A stretch of 64,000 nt of DNA from Psammoneis japonica (Eukaryota): positions 124,001 to 188,000 of the forward strand of contig QPGO01000073.1 in assembly GCA_008632985.1 (NCBI GenBank), given 5' to 3'. Position 1 is the stretch's first letter; each line of letters opens with the position of its first letter. Position numbers and translations under genes: made by a program. Shown piece by piece: positions 26,279 through 37,680 of this stretch. The notes below the pieces were generated by a model. It ran no database searches and was not told the DNA's origin. It saw only the letters and a program-made list of their open reading frames with translations.

Positions 26279-28962
26279 ATGACAATGCAAGAACAGCAGG
26301 ATGAGGATACCCCACAAACACAAACGACGACACGCGTTTGCATCAAAAATGTACCATTGAATTATACAGAAGCCAAATTGAAAAAGTTTCTACACGAGTC
26401 GTCGTCGTCGGAGTTGTTGCAAATTACCGATGTTCGAATCTTACACACATCGTCGGGCAAATCCCGAAAACTTGCCTTTGTTGGATTTCGAACGCACGAC
26501 ATGGCAACAAGGGTAGTACAACGTTTGAATCAAACCTATGCTCAAACGTCCAAACTTACCGTGGAATTGGCATTCAACAAAAAACACTCGAAACAACAAC
26601 AACCACGTCCGTGGTCGAAACACTCGGTTGGGTCGTCGCGATATCAAGCCTTGCATCCAGAGGATCATGTCAAGAGCGATAGTAAAGAAGAAAAGGATAA
26701 AGATAACAGTCGGGCATCAGAGGAAAATCAAAAACGTACGGAGAAATTGGAACAACAAAAGTTGGAGTTCTTGGCTGCCATGGGCGTTGCTCCCACCGCA
26801 GAAAAAGACACAAAGTCAAAGCCCTGGTCCAACGACGAAGCAGTTGCTGTCGGAAAAGATACAACAAAGTCTCGTAATCATGGCGATAGAAAAGTAGAGA
26901 CGGAATCAGAAAGTAGCTCGGATTCCGATAGCGACAATGACGACTCGGTGGATAGTGGTGGCATGGGTGCTGACATTATGTCCAAGTTTGAGAAACAGAA
27001 ACAGCACAATAGCAATATTGCCGTCTTGTCGGATTTAGACTTTATGAAATCTAAAATGACGTCCGTCGAAAATTTGGAGGAACAAGATGAAAAACTCACT
27101 ACCGAGAACGACAAGGACGACGATGATTCGTCTAGTAGTGTCTCGAGCACGAGTAGCAGCAGCATTGCAAGCACGAGCAGTAGTAGTAGCGAAAGCAGTA
27201 TCAAAGACGAAAAGGACGGAACTGAAGCAAAGGACGAAACGAAAACGAGTCAACAAGAAGAACAGCAAAACGAGTCGCTTCAAAACGATACAGATTCCTC
27301 CATGGATCCGCACCGCCTCTTTTGTCGCAATTTACCCTTTGATTGCACCGAAGACGATCTCAAGGAGGCATTCAGCACGTTTGGTACAGTTACGGAGTGT
27401 CACCTTGCCGTGGATGATTTGCGTCGTAACAAGGGCTTTGCCTTTGTCACGTTTTCCAACAAACAAGAGGCAGCACGGGCGTTGCAAGAGTTGGACGGCA
27501 GTGACTTTCAAGGACGGCTCTTGCATGTCTTGCCTGCCAAGCAAAAGCCACAACAACAACACAAAGACGACAATGACAAGACAAACAATGCGGCTGTCAC
27601 GTATAAACAGAAGATGGAATGGAAGCGCAAACAAGAGGCATCCTCGTCCAATGTGGGTGCAATGCGAGTTTTGTCCGGGGCGACGCCATTGTGGACAACC
27701 TTAGTGAGCGACTAGGAATAACCAAGGAGTCCATTTTGAATCTAAAGGATGGACTGTCGTCGGGTGATGCGGCCGTCCGATTGGCCTTGGGGGAAACGCA
27801 CATTATCCAGGAAAATCGTGACTACTTTGCCAAACATGGTGTTGACATGGACGGTTTAGTAGGGATGACAACAGACCAGAAGCAAGAAGGACAGAAGAGA
27901 AGCAACACGGCTATTTTGGTAAAGAACCTGCCGTACGACAAGACAACACTCGAGGACTTGACAAGGCTCTTTCATAGCATTGTTACAAGTCAACAACAAC
28001 AACAAGCCCCGAGTCGCATCTTGCTGCCACCCTCTCGAACCATTGCCTTGGTGGAATACAATCACGCGGTGGACGCACGCCGGGCTTTTCAGAAACTAGC
28101 CTACAAGCGATTCAAGCACGTGCCGCTATATCTGGAATGGGCTCCGTTACTCCATGATACCACAAAGACAAGCAGACCTTCTGGTGACGGTTTAGACAAG
28201 TCATCGACCGAAACAAAAACCGAAGTACAATCGAAAGCAAGTGACTTGACACAAGGCGCAAAGGACGACCCAGAGGAAGAAGTTGCTGCGGATGATTCGG
28301 CCACGTCGTTTACTATTTTTGTCAAGAATCTAAACTTTCGTACTACCGAAGACCAACTCCGCAGCGTCTTTGAAAAGCATGTGTCCAAGATTCGCGCTGT
28401 CAAGATACCAACCAAGGTGGCACCCATTCGTAAACTGGGCGGCCTCGAGCAGCATGCTCCCAAGACATTATTGTCAATGGGATATGGCTTTGTCGAATGT
28501 GACTCTAACCAGTCGGTTCGAAAAGCCATCAAGGCGCTTCAGGGAAGCTTGGTGGATGGGCACGCCCTGGAACTCAAGCCCTCGACAAAGCAACTGGTTG
28601 CGCCTCCCACGACGCCAATCAAGACTGGTCAAAAGGCCAATTGTAAAATCACGGTCCGCAACGTTCCGTTTCAAGCCACCCGAACCGAAATCTTGAAGCT
28701 CTTTGGTGCGTTTGGTCAGCTGAAAAAGGTGCGACTTCCGAAGAAGTTTGATGGCACGCATCGTGGATATGCGTTTGTAGAGTTTACAACGAACCAAGAA
28801 GCCCAGACGGCAATGAAGAGTTTGTCGCGAACGCATTTGTACGGTCGGCATTTGGTACTGGAATGGGCAGAGGACAAGGATGAAGCAGTGCAAGAACATG
28901 GTGTCAAACGGCCATCAATAAGTGACGCACCACCGCCAAACAAAAAGATCCGATTCAATTAG
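26279..28962 (+). CDS. RBM19: Multiple-RRM ribosome biogenesis factor RBM19/Mrd1; frameshift near 27650
   Basis: RRM1 (RVCIKNVP...GKSRKLAFVGF), RPWSKHS, RRM (RLFCRNLP..NKGFAFVTF), AAVRLALGETHII, FKHVPLYLEWAP, SMGYGFVE, and final RRM VRNVPFQAT...HRGYAFVEF..THLYGRHLVLEWA. Confidence 0.92.
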
Positions 28963-29674
28963 TCGACATATGGATAACGGAAATAGGCTGCTATTCGAGT
29001 AGAGTTCGGCAACTTTTTATTGTGTAAGATGATAGGCAACAGCCGAGTGCGCAACAGCATTTGCTCCGTCTCACTAATGGGGGGACCAAACATTCGCATT
29101 CGAGTGGACAAAAGGAGATAAGGCATACGTAATGGAGAGGGAAACACTCGATTTTGCCACAAATAATGCGGCAAATGCAATCAAGGATGTGATGCTGGCC
29201 AAGATGCGGAATGAGAAGCTTGAAGCCGGCGAGACGCTCGAGTCAACGCTACACGTTGCATCAATGCTATACACGCGATGCACCCGGGTGCCTCGTTTGA
29301 TTCCATTCTTAGATTTGCTGCAGTTTTGTGGACATTCATTGGAATATTTCCCAGTTTTACCTCTTACGGAGTCGGTGGATAAGGGTACGGGGGCTTGCCA
29401 CGGACTGATGGAGAGCCAGCATTGCCCAAATGTGTAACGAGGAGCCTGTGGAATTTCTTTTACCCACTGGAAAGAGTAACAATTTGGAGCACGATTAAGA
29501 TACTTTTATGCGAACATACAGCGTATAAAATCATTTCTATGCTGAATTATGTCAAAGGGAGTGGTCGACTATTCAATGCCACGGACTCCTTTTCTTTGGG
29601 AAGATTCCGATTGTGCTGCTTCGCGTCAACAACGCTCCAACATTTTTGGAATAACTTCACCCCGCAAGCACAGA

Positions 29675-30153
29675 CTAATAGAAGATTCCTGCGCCTCCTA
29701 CAATCACCAGAATAGCAACACCGATAATTATATAGAGAAGAACGTTTGTTTGCTTAGCATTCGCGTCGAGTCCCGTGGAAGCTTCTTTCATGAGCCTCTC
29801 GCGCATGCTATCAGAAATACCGACATTTGTCGTTGCCGGCTCCACCTTTTATCAAGGATTAAAGAAAGCGAGAGGTGTCAAAATAAGAAACTCAATAGCC
29901 ACACAACCACATCGTTCCCTCTTCTTACCTCATCATCATAGAAATCGCCAGTCGGTTGGGAGGGTGTCACATCTTCGGTCTTTTCAGGTTCGTTTGACAT
30001 GAAAAGCTTCGAAGAGGTCATGAATGTCGAGCAACCATAGCGTTGAGCTTTTGGGGCGATTACCACACTGCTGCGAGGCGGAGCAAAACCAAAGCAGCGC
30101 AACGAAAGAGCTCCAAGAAGGGCGACGACGAGGCCGTGGTGGAGGTTCATCAT
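29675..30153 (-). CDS. Small plastid-targeted single-TM protein; exons 30153-29929 and 29845-29675
   Basis: Signal peptide ending CFG|FAP (ASAFAP-like) plus transit peptide. GTAAG...AG intron 29928-29846. Exon 2 reads VEPATTNVGISDSMRERLMKEASTGLDANAKQTNVLLYIIIGVAILVIVGGAGIFY*. Confidence 0.8.
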
Positions 30154-30185
30154 CGTGTGCTCGTAAGGTTAATACCAGTTGTCCG

Positions 30186-30873
30186 GCAACTGACAAACCG
30201 AGAAGAAGATACTATACTTGCCGCAGTCTTTCGCAAAAAGCGAGGGGAGAGTGATGATCACTGACGTCACAATAGTGGAGGCAGTTCACTTGGTACCGTA
30301 CATGTTCTACGCTTTTTTACGCAATTTTGAAATTTTGACTGCGCGAGCGGATGGAGGTACGACCGCAGCAATACATACGAGAACAGACGGAAATGTTGAA
30401 AGTGGGGCGTGCGGTGTGGATCGGACACGGATGCCGGTGGTGGTGGCTTGCGAGCCACAAGGGAAAATGATCTGTCAACATTACGTTGTGACAACCCCTG
30501 CGGCAAGAAATGTAAGAAAAAGTCTGGGCAACTGACAAACCGAGAAGAAGATGCTGAAGATTTGCCGCAGTCTTTTTCGCAAAAAGCGAGGGGACATCCA
30601 TGGAGAGTGATGATCACTGGTGTCACAACAGTGGAGGCAGTTCACTTGGCACATGTTCTACGCTTTTTTACGCAATTTTGAAATTTTGACTGTGTGAGCA
30701 GATGGAGGTACGACCGCAGCAGGACGAGAACAGATGGAAATGTTGAAAGTGGGGCGGGCGTGCGGTGTGGGTCGGACACGGATGCCGGTGGTGGTGGCTT
30801 GCGAGCCATGAGGGAAAATGATCTGTTGACATTACGTTGTGACAACCCCTGCAGTAAGAAATGTAAGAAAAAG
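30186..30873. repeat. Local tandem duplication of a ~340-bp unit immediately upstream of the plastid-protein gene
   Basis: GGCAACTGACAAACCGAGAAGAAGAT starts both copies (~30186 and ~30527), which align through AAATGTAAGAAAAAG. A third, more mutated copy lies at ~38360-38606. Confidence 0.85.
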
Positions 30874-31095
30874 TTGCGTTGCACACCACCAGAGCATGTT
30901 CGATGCGATGAAGTGCGCGACTTTTTGTTTGGTCTCGAAACAAGCGCTTGACACTGGGCTGCACACTCGAGCAGTCCAAGGGTTGGGCACTTGTCAATTG
31001 ACTGGCATTGCATTCATGCAGCATAGCAAAAAGATTCAATTCAACAAGACTGCCATGGTGGGTCATTCGAAGCACCAGACTGCCGGCTGCAGTTG
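30860..31095 (+). pseudogene. Degenerate 3' fragment (last codons plus 3' flank) of a sulfotransferase-like paralogue
   Basis: KKKLRCTPPEHVRCDEVRDFL aligns to QKKVHSSPQERIRYDDVYEYL of the 32037 gene. Nucleotide similarity continues through GTCCAAGGGTTGGGCACTTGTCAATTG and AAAAAGATTC..AACAAGACTGCCATG. A second copy lies at ~38595-38825. Confidence 0.75.
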
Positions 31096-31403
31096 ACCAC
31101 TGACGTCACACGCGAAGCCGATGGGTGCAGCCACACAGCTCTCTGCTCTCTCTCTCTCTCTCTGCTCCAGCTGGCTGGCTCTGGCAGCCCTGGCTAGCTG
31201 GTTAGAGGGCTCTGCTCTAGCTAGCTAGCTGGTAGCTAGTGCAGTAGAGAGGCCCTCCACTCTCTCTCTCTCTCTCTCTCTGCCAGCTGGAGGGCAGGTG
31301 CTCGTAGCAGCTGCTCACAAGGCTGCACAATTTCGAAATTTTGAGGCGCGCGCGCGCAGGGGCCGTGCATGATGGATAGAGCATGGAAGATTTCGCGCGC
31401 CGA

Positions 31404-31828
31404 TAAGGACCGGCTAAATGCGCAGTGCGCATTTTTGAGTTTTTGGGTCTCACACCTGAACGTTGCAACGCACTCGTGATGAGCTTGCAACTGCAACAGA
31501 AGCAATTAGCCCTCTCTCTACTAGAGACAAGAAGTGACAGTCATATCATAAAACTCACTGTTACATACATTTACAGCTATCACCTACTCAAGCAAGTGAT
31601 AGTGCTTGCTGTTCAGTTGTTCAAACATGCAGATCTCAAGAATGTCGCGTGGGATCTCTCAGTCACGGTTGTGAAGCTCGCGGCAGCGCGAAGACAGAGC
31701 GCGAAGGGTTGGAGGGAGACTGTGACGTCATCTACCAGTACTGTATCTACGCAGAATACACGTAGCCAGTTTCAGCGCATAAATGAGCGCAAAACCGGGT
31801 TTCGACGAGCGCATTTAGCCGGTGCTTA
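31404..31828. mobile_element. hAT-type MITE (425 bp)
   Basis: 20-bp TIRs TAAGGACCGGCTAAATGCGC (31404-31423) and GCGCATTTAGCCGGTGCTTA (31809-31828), one mismatch. Perfect 8-bp TSD CGCGCCGA at 31396-31403 and 31829-31836. Confidence 0.88.
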
Positions 31829-32036
31829 CGCGCCGATGATGATTTCCTGAGGTGAAGCGACATGCTCACATTCTTTCAAAATTGTGCTTCACTACTCTCC
31901 ACTAGCAGAGGGAGAGTAAGTCAAACTCTAGAGAACAATATCGTATTGAGCAAAAGACTGCAAAGATCAAAGACATTATCGACCTTTAATTCACTCGGAC
32001 GGCAATCTCTTTTCATAACCCAATTCAAACGACAAC

Positions 32037-33182
32037 ATGGGATCCGAAATGCACGTTGCTGACAATGATAGTGGCGTTTTGGAATCAATCAACGTGGGCA
32101 ATGATGGTGCTTTTGTGGAATTGAGGAGCTTGATTCCTGACAACCAAACCCAAGAAAATCACGGCGAACCAACGCTGTGTTGCAGACGCAGGAATCTTTG
32201 GGTGACGATGTCGTTCATGTTCTCTGCATTGACGCTTTGGGTGACGATATCGTTCGTGTTCTCTACATTGACGTTCTCCCAGATATACGGCACGTCTGCC
32301 GAGAATCCGTCACTCAAGCTTTTTCCCTTCACAAGTAGCATTCCATTTCGAGATCTGTCGAATCGTGCAAGGGTGCAGATTGAGAATTACAGAAGAGCAA
32401 CCGGTTTGATGTTGAATGTTCACATTACTCATCATGGAGGAACGTCGTTTTGTCATTCGGTTGGTCATGCCAACGATACAGTGGGTGGTACTCCGCCGTT
32501 TGCATGCCTGGGTCTCAAGGATTTCAACGTGTCGGAAGACTATCCCAAGCCCAAGGAAACTCCCTGGAAACACAATGAAACTGCAAAGCACATTGCCACT
32601 GTGCGGAAATACTTTCACATGATTTCTTGGGAATACTCGAGTCCACCATCCACCCCCATTGCCGAAACTAATTTTGAAGATCCAAACCTTCTCTCTGTCA
32701 TCGTTATGCGACATCCAATATCGAGGCTATTGGCTGGCAATGGGTGGGTCGCAAAAACTTATCCTGGTATTCGCAAGGGCAATGCGACTCACGAGGAGTG
32801 GTGGGAGTATGCGCAAACAACGCATGGGAACACCAACAACTTTGCTCTCCGTGTCCTGGCCGGCAAGGAATGTTGTGACGGTGAAAAAACTGATCCGAAA
32901 CACTTGCAAGCAGCCAAGAAACTGGTTGGGCGCTTTTCTATTGTCCTAGACATCGAATGTCTCGATGAAGGGATGAAGGCATTGACTGATTTGTTGAACA
33001 TCACCATGCAAAAAAACGGCAGGGAACGTCAGAAAAAGGTGCATAGCTCGCCACAAGAGCGCATTCGATACGATGACGTGTATGAATATTTGCTTCGTCG
33101 CAACAAGCTTGACATTGAGCTGTATGAGTGGTCCAAGGGTTTGGCACTTGTCAATTGTTCGGCTCTGAATGCGTCTGTCTAA
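32037..33182 (+). CDS. Sulfotransferase-like (family 2-like) type II membrane protein, copy A
   Basis: TM anchor; NVHITHHGGTSF, VIVMRHPISRL and RNKLDIELYEW motifs; intact 381-aa ORF. Confidence 0.8.
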   Translation: MGSEMHVADNDSGVLESINVGNDGAFVELRSLIPDNQTQENHGEPTLCCRRRNLWVTMSFMFSALTLWVTISFVFSTLTFSQIYGTSAENPSLKLFPFTSSIPFRDLSNRARVQIENYRRATGLMLNVHITHHGGTSFCHSVGHANDTVGGTPPFACLGLKDFNVSEDYPKPKETPWKHNETAKHIATVRKYFHMISWEYSSPPSTPIAETNFEDPNLLSVIVMRHPISRLLAGNGWVAKTYPGIRKGNATHEEWWEYAQTTHGNTNNFALRVLAGKECCDGEKTDPKHLQAAKKLVGRFSIVLDIECLDEGMKALTDLLNITMQKNGRERQKKVHSSPQERIRYDDVYEYLLRRNKLDIELYEWSKGLALVNCSALNASV

Positions 33183-33831
33183 GATTAGCATCACATTCGT
33201 GTAGCATAGGCGCCACGGCAAAATAAAAAGATTCGATCCAATAAGACTACCATGACGGGTCTTTCGAAGCAACAGGCTACCGCTATAGATTTTCAACATG
33301 CTTGCATGTGTGATAGCTCAAACATTATCTAGCAACTAGCTAGAGGCGCTTCGTTGCATTGATAGACATACATGATGCTTCAGAACAAGTCATCACCTCT
33401 GCTTCCCAAAGATGGTGTTCTCCAGTTGATGCTATGACCTGCAGTGTGACATGGATGTCTGTCTTCCTCGCCAGCAATTTCAATTCTCAAAAAGATTTAC
33501 AAAAGCACTGACACAGAGACACAGAGATGACCATGTTGCTGGAATTCTGCAGTCAGTTGGTGAAGCTGTTGCTTCTTGCTGACAGAAGGGGGTGTGGTTT
33601 GACACCCAGTGGGCAAAAAAAAAAATGTCTCAGTTGTGCTGACTTGCAAGTAAGACCAAAAATTGAGCTTGAGCTGTTTGCAGCCTGGGCTGTGCACTGG
33701 CAAGGAGAGGGCCTCCTGGGCTGGTGTGAGTGCCACTGTGAAACAAAAACCCAGCATGCGTGCAGGGCAAAAAATGTGCAGTGGATGGAGTGAGCAAGAA
33801 AGAGGCCATGCCAAGGATTCTCCCATTGTTC

Positions 33832-34294
33832 NNNNNNNNNNNNNNNNNNNNNNNNNNNNNNNNNNNNNNNNNNNNNNNNNNNNNNNNNNNNNNNNNNNNN
33901 NNNNNNNNNNNNNNNNNNNNNNNNNNNNNNNNNNNNNNNNNNNNNNNNNNNNNNNNNNNNNNNNNNNNNNNNNNNNNNNNNNNNNNNNNNNNNNNNNNNN
34001 NNNNNNNNNNNNNNNNNNNNNNNNNNNNNNNNNNNNNNNNNNNNNNNNNNNNNNNNNNNNNNNNNNNNNNNNNNNNNNNNNNNNNNNNNNNNNNNNNNNN
34101 NNNNNNNNNNNNNNNNNNNNNNNNNNNNNNNNNNNNNNNNNNNNNNNNNNNNNNNNNNNNNNNNNNNNNNNNNNNNNNNNNNNNNNNNNNNNNNNNNNNN
34201 NNNNNNNNNNNNNNNNNNNNNNNNNNNNNNNNNNNNNNNNNNNNNNNNNNNNNNNNNNNNNNNNNNNNNNNNNNNNNNNNNNNNNNNNNNNNNN
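33832..34294. other. Assembly gap (463 N)
   Basis: Run of N. The paralogous interval ~49644-50140 is of similar length. Confidence 1.
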
Positions 34295-36729
34295 CTTTTT
34301 GCAGCTCTGATGCCAAAATCAACAAGGTGCCACCATTGCTGTTGTTTGAGTGTGGGAAGACAAAATGGGATGAGTGAGGTGGTGCTGAAAGCACATCAAA
34401 CTCCTGCTCCAAAAGAAGTGGGCCACATGGGAGAAGCCATCATTGTCACAATCAGACATCTGCTGCCCCAAAAAGCTGGTGTGAGTTTGCTCCACATCTT
34501 GCAAATGACAAAAAGTGCATTTGCCATTGAAGCATTGCCCAACCATCACCTTGTTGTTCATCAACAGAGATGTGACCCTCATGCACGCCAAGGGGTCAAG
34601 AGGAGCAGACAAAAGAGGGAGATACACAGGTTGAGAGTTGACATGTTTGGCAGGGTTGTGGACACAGCCCATTGGGGGACAAGCCAATGGAGTGGTTGAG
34701 AGATCTGTGCTGATTCCCAAAGAACATGATGCAAAACAGTGTCTCACTTGAAGAGCCAGCAGGAGATGGAGGTGCACCATTGAGGCCAAGCTGGAAGAAA
34801 AACAGATGCTGGGGACACCTTTGAAAATGTTGGCATGCACGTTGGCCATTGTTGTCAGGCATTTTTGATGATGAACACTGGCCAACTCTCTCTGAGATTT
34901 CCAGCTGCAGGCCAGAATGCTGGCATCACACCAAGCTGAGTGCCAAAGGTGCAGCAAGTGCCAAAGCAGCCCCCCATTGGATGTGTGTGCACACTCACCC
35001 ATCATGCTCAGCCAGCTCCTTTTGGCACACACCACACACAAAACCAGAAACAAAAGAAGCTGATGTTCTCTGACTCACGAGGATTCAAGGGCAAATCACA
35101 AACACTGAATTTTTTTGCACACAACTTGCTGGCAACCAGATGCTGTGCTTTCCTTGGCACAGTCAGCTGGCAAGAAAGGAGCTGGACGCTTGTTTTCACA
35201 TTCACAAAAGGAGGGTCAGAAAGAGGAGGAGGCAGAGGGAACAAAAGCAACATCGTCAAAATGCCAGCCATCAAGATGGACATGTTTGCATCTCTCTGGT
35301 GCCAGCACAGCTGCGGCATCAGTGTGCATCATTTGGCTGCCCAGAGCAGCAGGTGTGTAGCCACAAAGGCCTTTCTGGAGGAAACAAAAAGAGCAATGAT
35401 CGCTGACGTCACATCATGGAATCTCCTGCGGAAGCCAGTGCATGACCGAGCATGCGGTGCACAAGTGTTTGATGAGCCTTGGGTGTGAAGAACCTGTGTT
35501 TGAATGACTTCATTCTGCACTTTAGACAGTTCAATGTTGAGCAATGAAAACTTGTGATGTGTCACTTGCAGGGGTGGTCAGGCACATGCGCGCCGCACCG
35601 CGTGCACACAAAATCAGTGACCACAGCCGTCGCCACCAAAATGAGCATTCTCGATTTTGTGTTGATGCCATTGGACCTGCTGTTGTCAAACCAAAAACTG
35701 ATTCACAATGAAAACAAATGAAAAGATTGTCTGGACCCAAGATGTGCTTCTTCATTGTCACATTCTCAGTGAGTGCATCACATCACGGCATTTTTGCAAA
35801 GGTGACGGACTCTCCATTGATTGAATTTGTTGTTTTGTTTTCTCAACTTTTTTTGCTTTAATCTTTGTCCACATTTCTGCAGGAAAATGCTGGGGCAGCT
35901 CAAGTTGATGCCACATCATGCGAGGTGGATGCAGTTGATGCCATGTCAGACGGGGCGGCTCACTTGCATGCTGCATCACACTGTGCGGGGTGGCTCAAGC
36001 ACACACCAATGTTGAACATCCCATGGAGTGGCAAAAGGGTGAGGAGAATTCTTCACTTTAAAATCTGCAATCTGCCACTTTTGGGAAAGTCCCGAAACAA
36101 AGGGCAGACAAGGTTGCTCTCATCTCTGACAATTGCGAGCAACTGTGCCAAGGTGGCTGACTGCAGTGGCGCCTCGGCAATTTTTTCTGCAAGACGGCCT
36201 GCGAGAGCCAAGGGGTGGTTCCCTGGCAAGACTGAGAGTGGTGCCTCCATGGAAGGGGGTGCCGCTTGACGTGCTGTGACCCGAATCTCTGTCAGACAGG
36301 GTTCGCCTGCCCTCAAAGGTGGTGATTGGTTGTTGTCAAGGAACATGGCAGGATGGAAGGATAAAACAGCTGGATTGAATTGATCTGCAATGCGAAAAAG
36401 CTGTGGTCAAGGAAACAAACATCACGTGTTTTGTGTTGATGCAATTCCACACCCAAACAGAGTGTCCACTGATGAATTCGGGCATTCCAAGAACTGTGAA
36501 TTGACTGTTGACGCTTTTTCAGCAGTGCTTGACAAGTGCATCAAATCCGCCATCAAGAGTGGAATTTTCTTCATCAGTGTCCCAGGAAATGATGTCTTCC
36601 ACCCATGGTTGTTGCAACTCCTTTGCAAGCACCCTCAATCTGTGCTCAAACTGACGGCATTTGTTGCATGCTCAGCCAACTCCAATGCTCATCAACTGAT
36701 CGCACGTGAGGGCCTTTGGAATCATCGAT

Positions 36730-37010
36730 TGCCACCACATGTTGACTTGTTGCTCTGGAAGCCATGACTTGCTCCAGTCCTGGTGTCTTGTTGGCATTCT
36801 TGCAAGGAAGTGCAAAAACCAACTTGGGCCATGGGTGTCCCTCGCCCACGGCAGCTCCCTGTGACTTGTGACCACTGGTGGCTTTACAAAACACAAAGTG
36901 GGATGGTTGTGGCAGAGCAACAGTTGTTCTCACACCGCAATGTCACTGCTGGAACTGGAACACAGGTTGGTGGCAACCCTGGAATGAGCTTGTCTTCTTC
37001 AGGGATGGCA
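36730..37010 (-). pseudogene. PIF1-family helicase C-terminal remnant within a hypermutated element (~35390-38340), possibly Helitron-related
   Basis: Frameshifted minus-strand reading VPVPAVTLRCENNCCSATTIPL..KATSGHKSQGAAVG...TPGLEQVMASRATS matches SF1B helicase motifs V/VI (T.HKSQG.T...G..YV..SR). Confidence 0.65.
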
Positions 37011-37398
37011 GAATCGGAAAATCTACAATGACACAGGCGGGGTGCTTGCGTGCTCCATGGGATCGTCTGGTCCAAGCTCGTCATCGTAAATGATGTGCTT
37101 GATGGCACTGATTGAACCATTCCTGATGTCTTGGCATCGTGCCGTCTTGTTGGTGTTGCAGTCGTCGACTCAATGCATGGGCAGTTCTTGCTCCTGCTCT
37201 TTGATTGTTGCAATGCATGGATGCTGTTGAGGCCAATGCGGTGTGTCACCCATGGTCTCGTGTGTCCGACGATGCCCTTCTGGTCCTGTTCTCGTGAGAA
37301 TGGTGAGAACCGAGATCAAAAAATGAAAATGAAACACAGATCGGCAGGAGATGGACGACGAATGGACACATCTTTCGAACAACTCAGAAACAACAGGA

Positions 37399-37680
37399 AA
37401 CCCCACGAAAAAGTTTGTGCCCCCAAGGAATCCCCACGAGAAAGTTTGCAGCCCCCAGGAACTTAATCACGAGAAGTTTCTAGCTGGAATGGCGTCAGGA
37501 ATCACAATGGAAAACTTTGCAAGCCCCAGGAACCCCCTTGCAAAAATTTGCATCCCCCAAGGAACCCCGGCGAGAAAGTTTGCATCCCCCCAGGAACACA
37601 ATCCAAGAAATGGCATCAGCCACCAGGAATGCAATGGAGAACTTTGCATCCCCCACCCCAGGAACCCCCGCAAGAAAGGG
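37399..37680. repeat. Imperfect ~29-bp minisatellite (CCCCAGGAACCCC..GAAAGTTTGCA)
   Basis: Repeated CCCCAGGAA and AAAGTTTGCA words at ~29-30-bp spacing. Confidence 0.75.

Larger units (their letters stand above)
30608..35380. repeat. Copy A of a segmental duplication; copy B spans ~38360-51240 and is interrupted by insertions
   Basis: Collinear matches: 30630-31280 with 38360-38991, 31282-31393 with 44431-44570, 31837-33831 with 47639-49643, and 34295-35380 with ~50140-51241. Confidence 0.88.

Noticed and set aside
29040..29440. ORF 29132-29437 (MERETLDF...) as a gene
   Set aside because: Short, no recognisable motif, and squeezed between two convergent gene ends.
33630..34412. ORFs spanning the N run
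   Set aside because: Artefacts of translating through an assembly gap.
37399..37680. Possible CRISPR-like array (also 45100-45590 and 16187-16295)
   Set aside because: Units are contiguous tandem repeats without unique spacers, the context is eukaryotic, and there are no cas genes.
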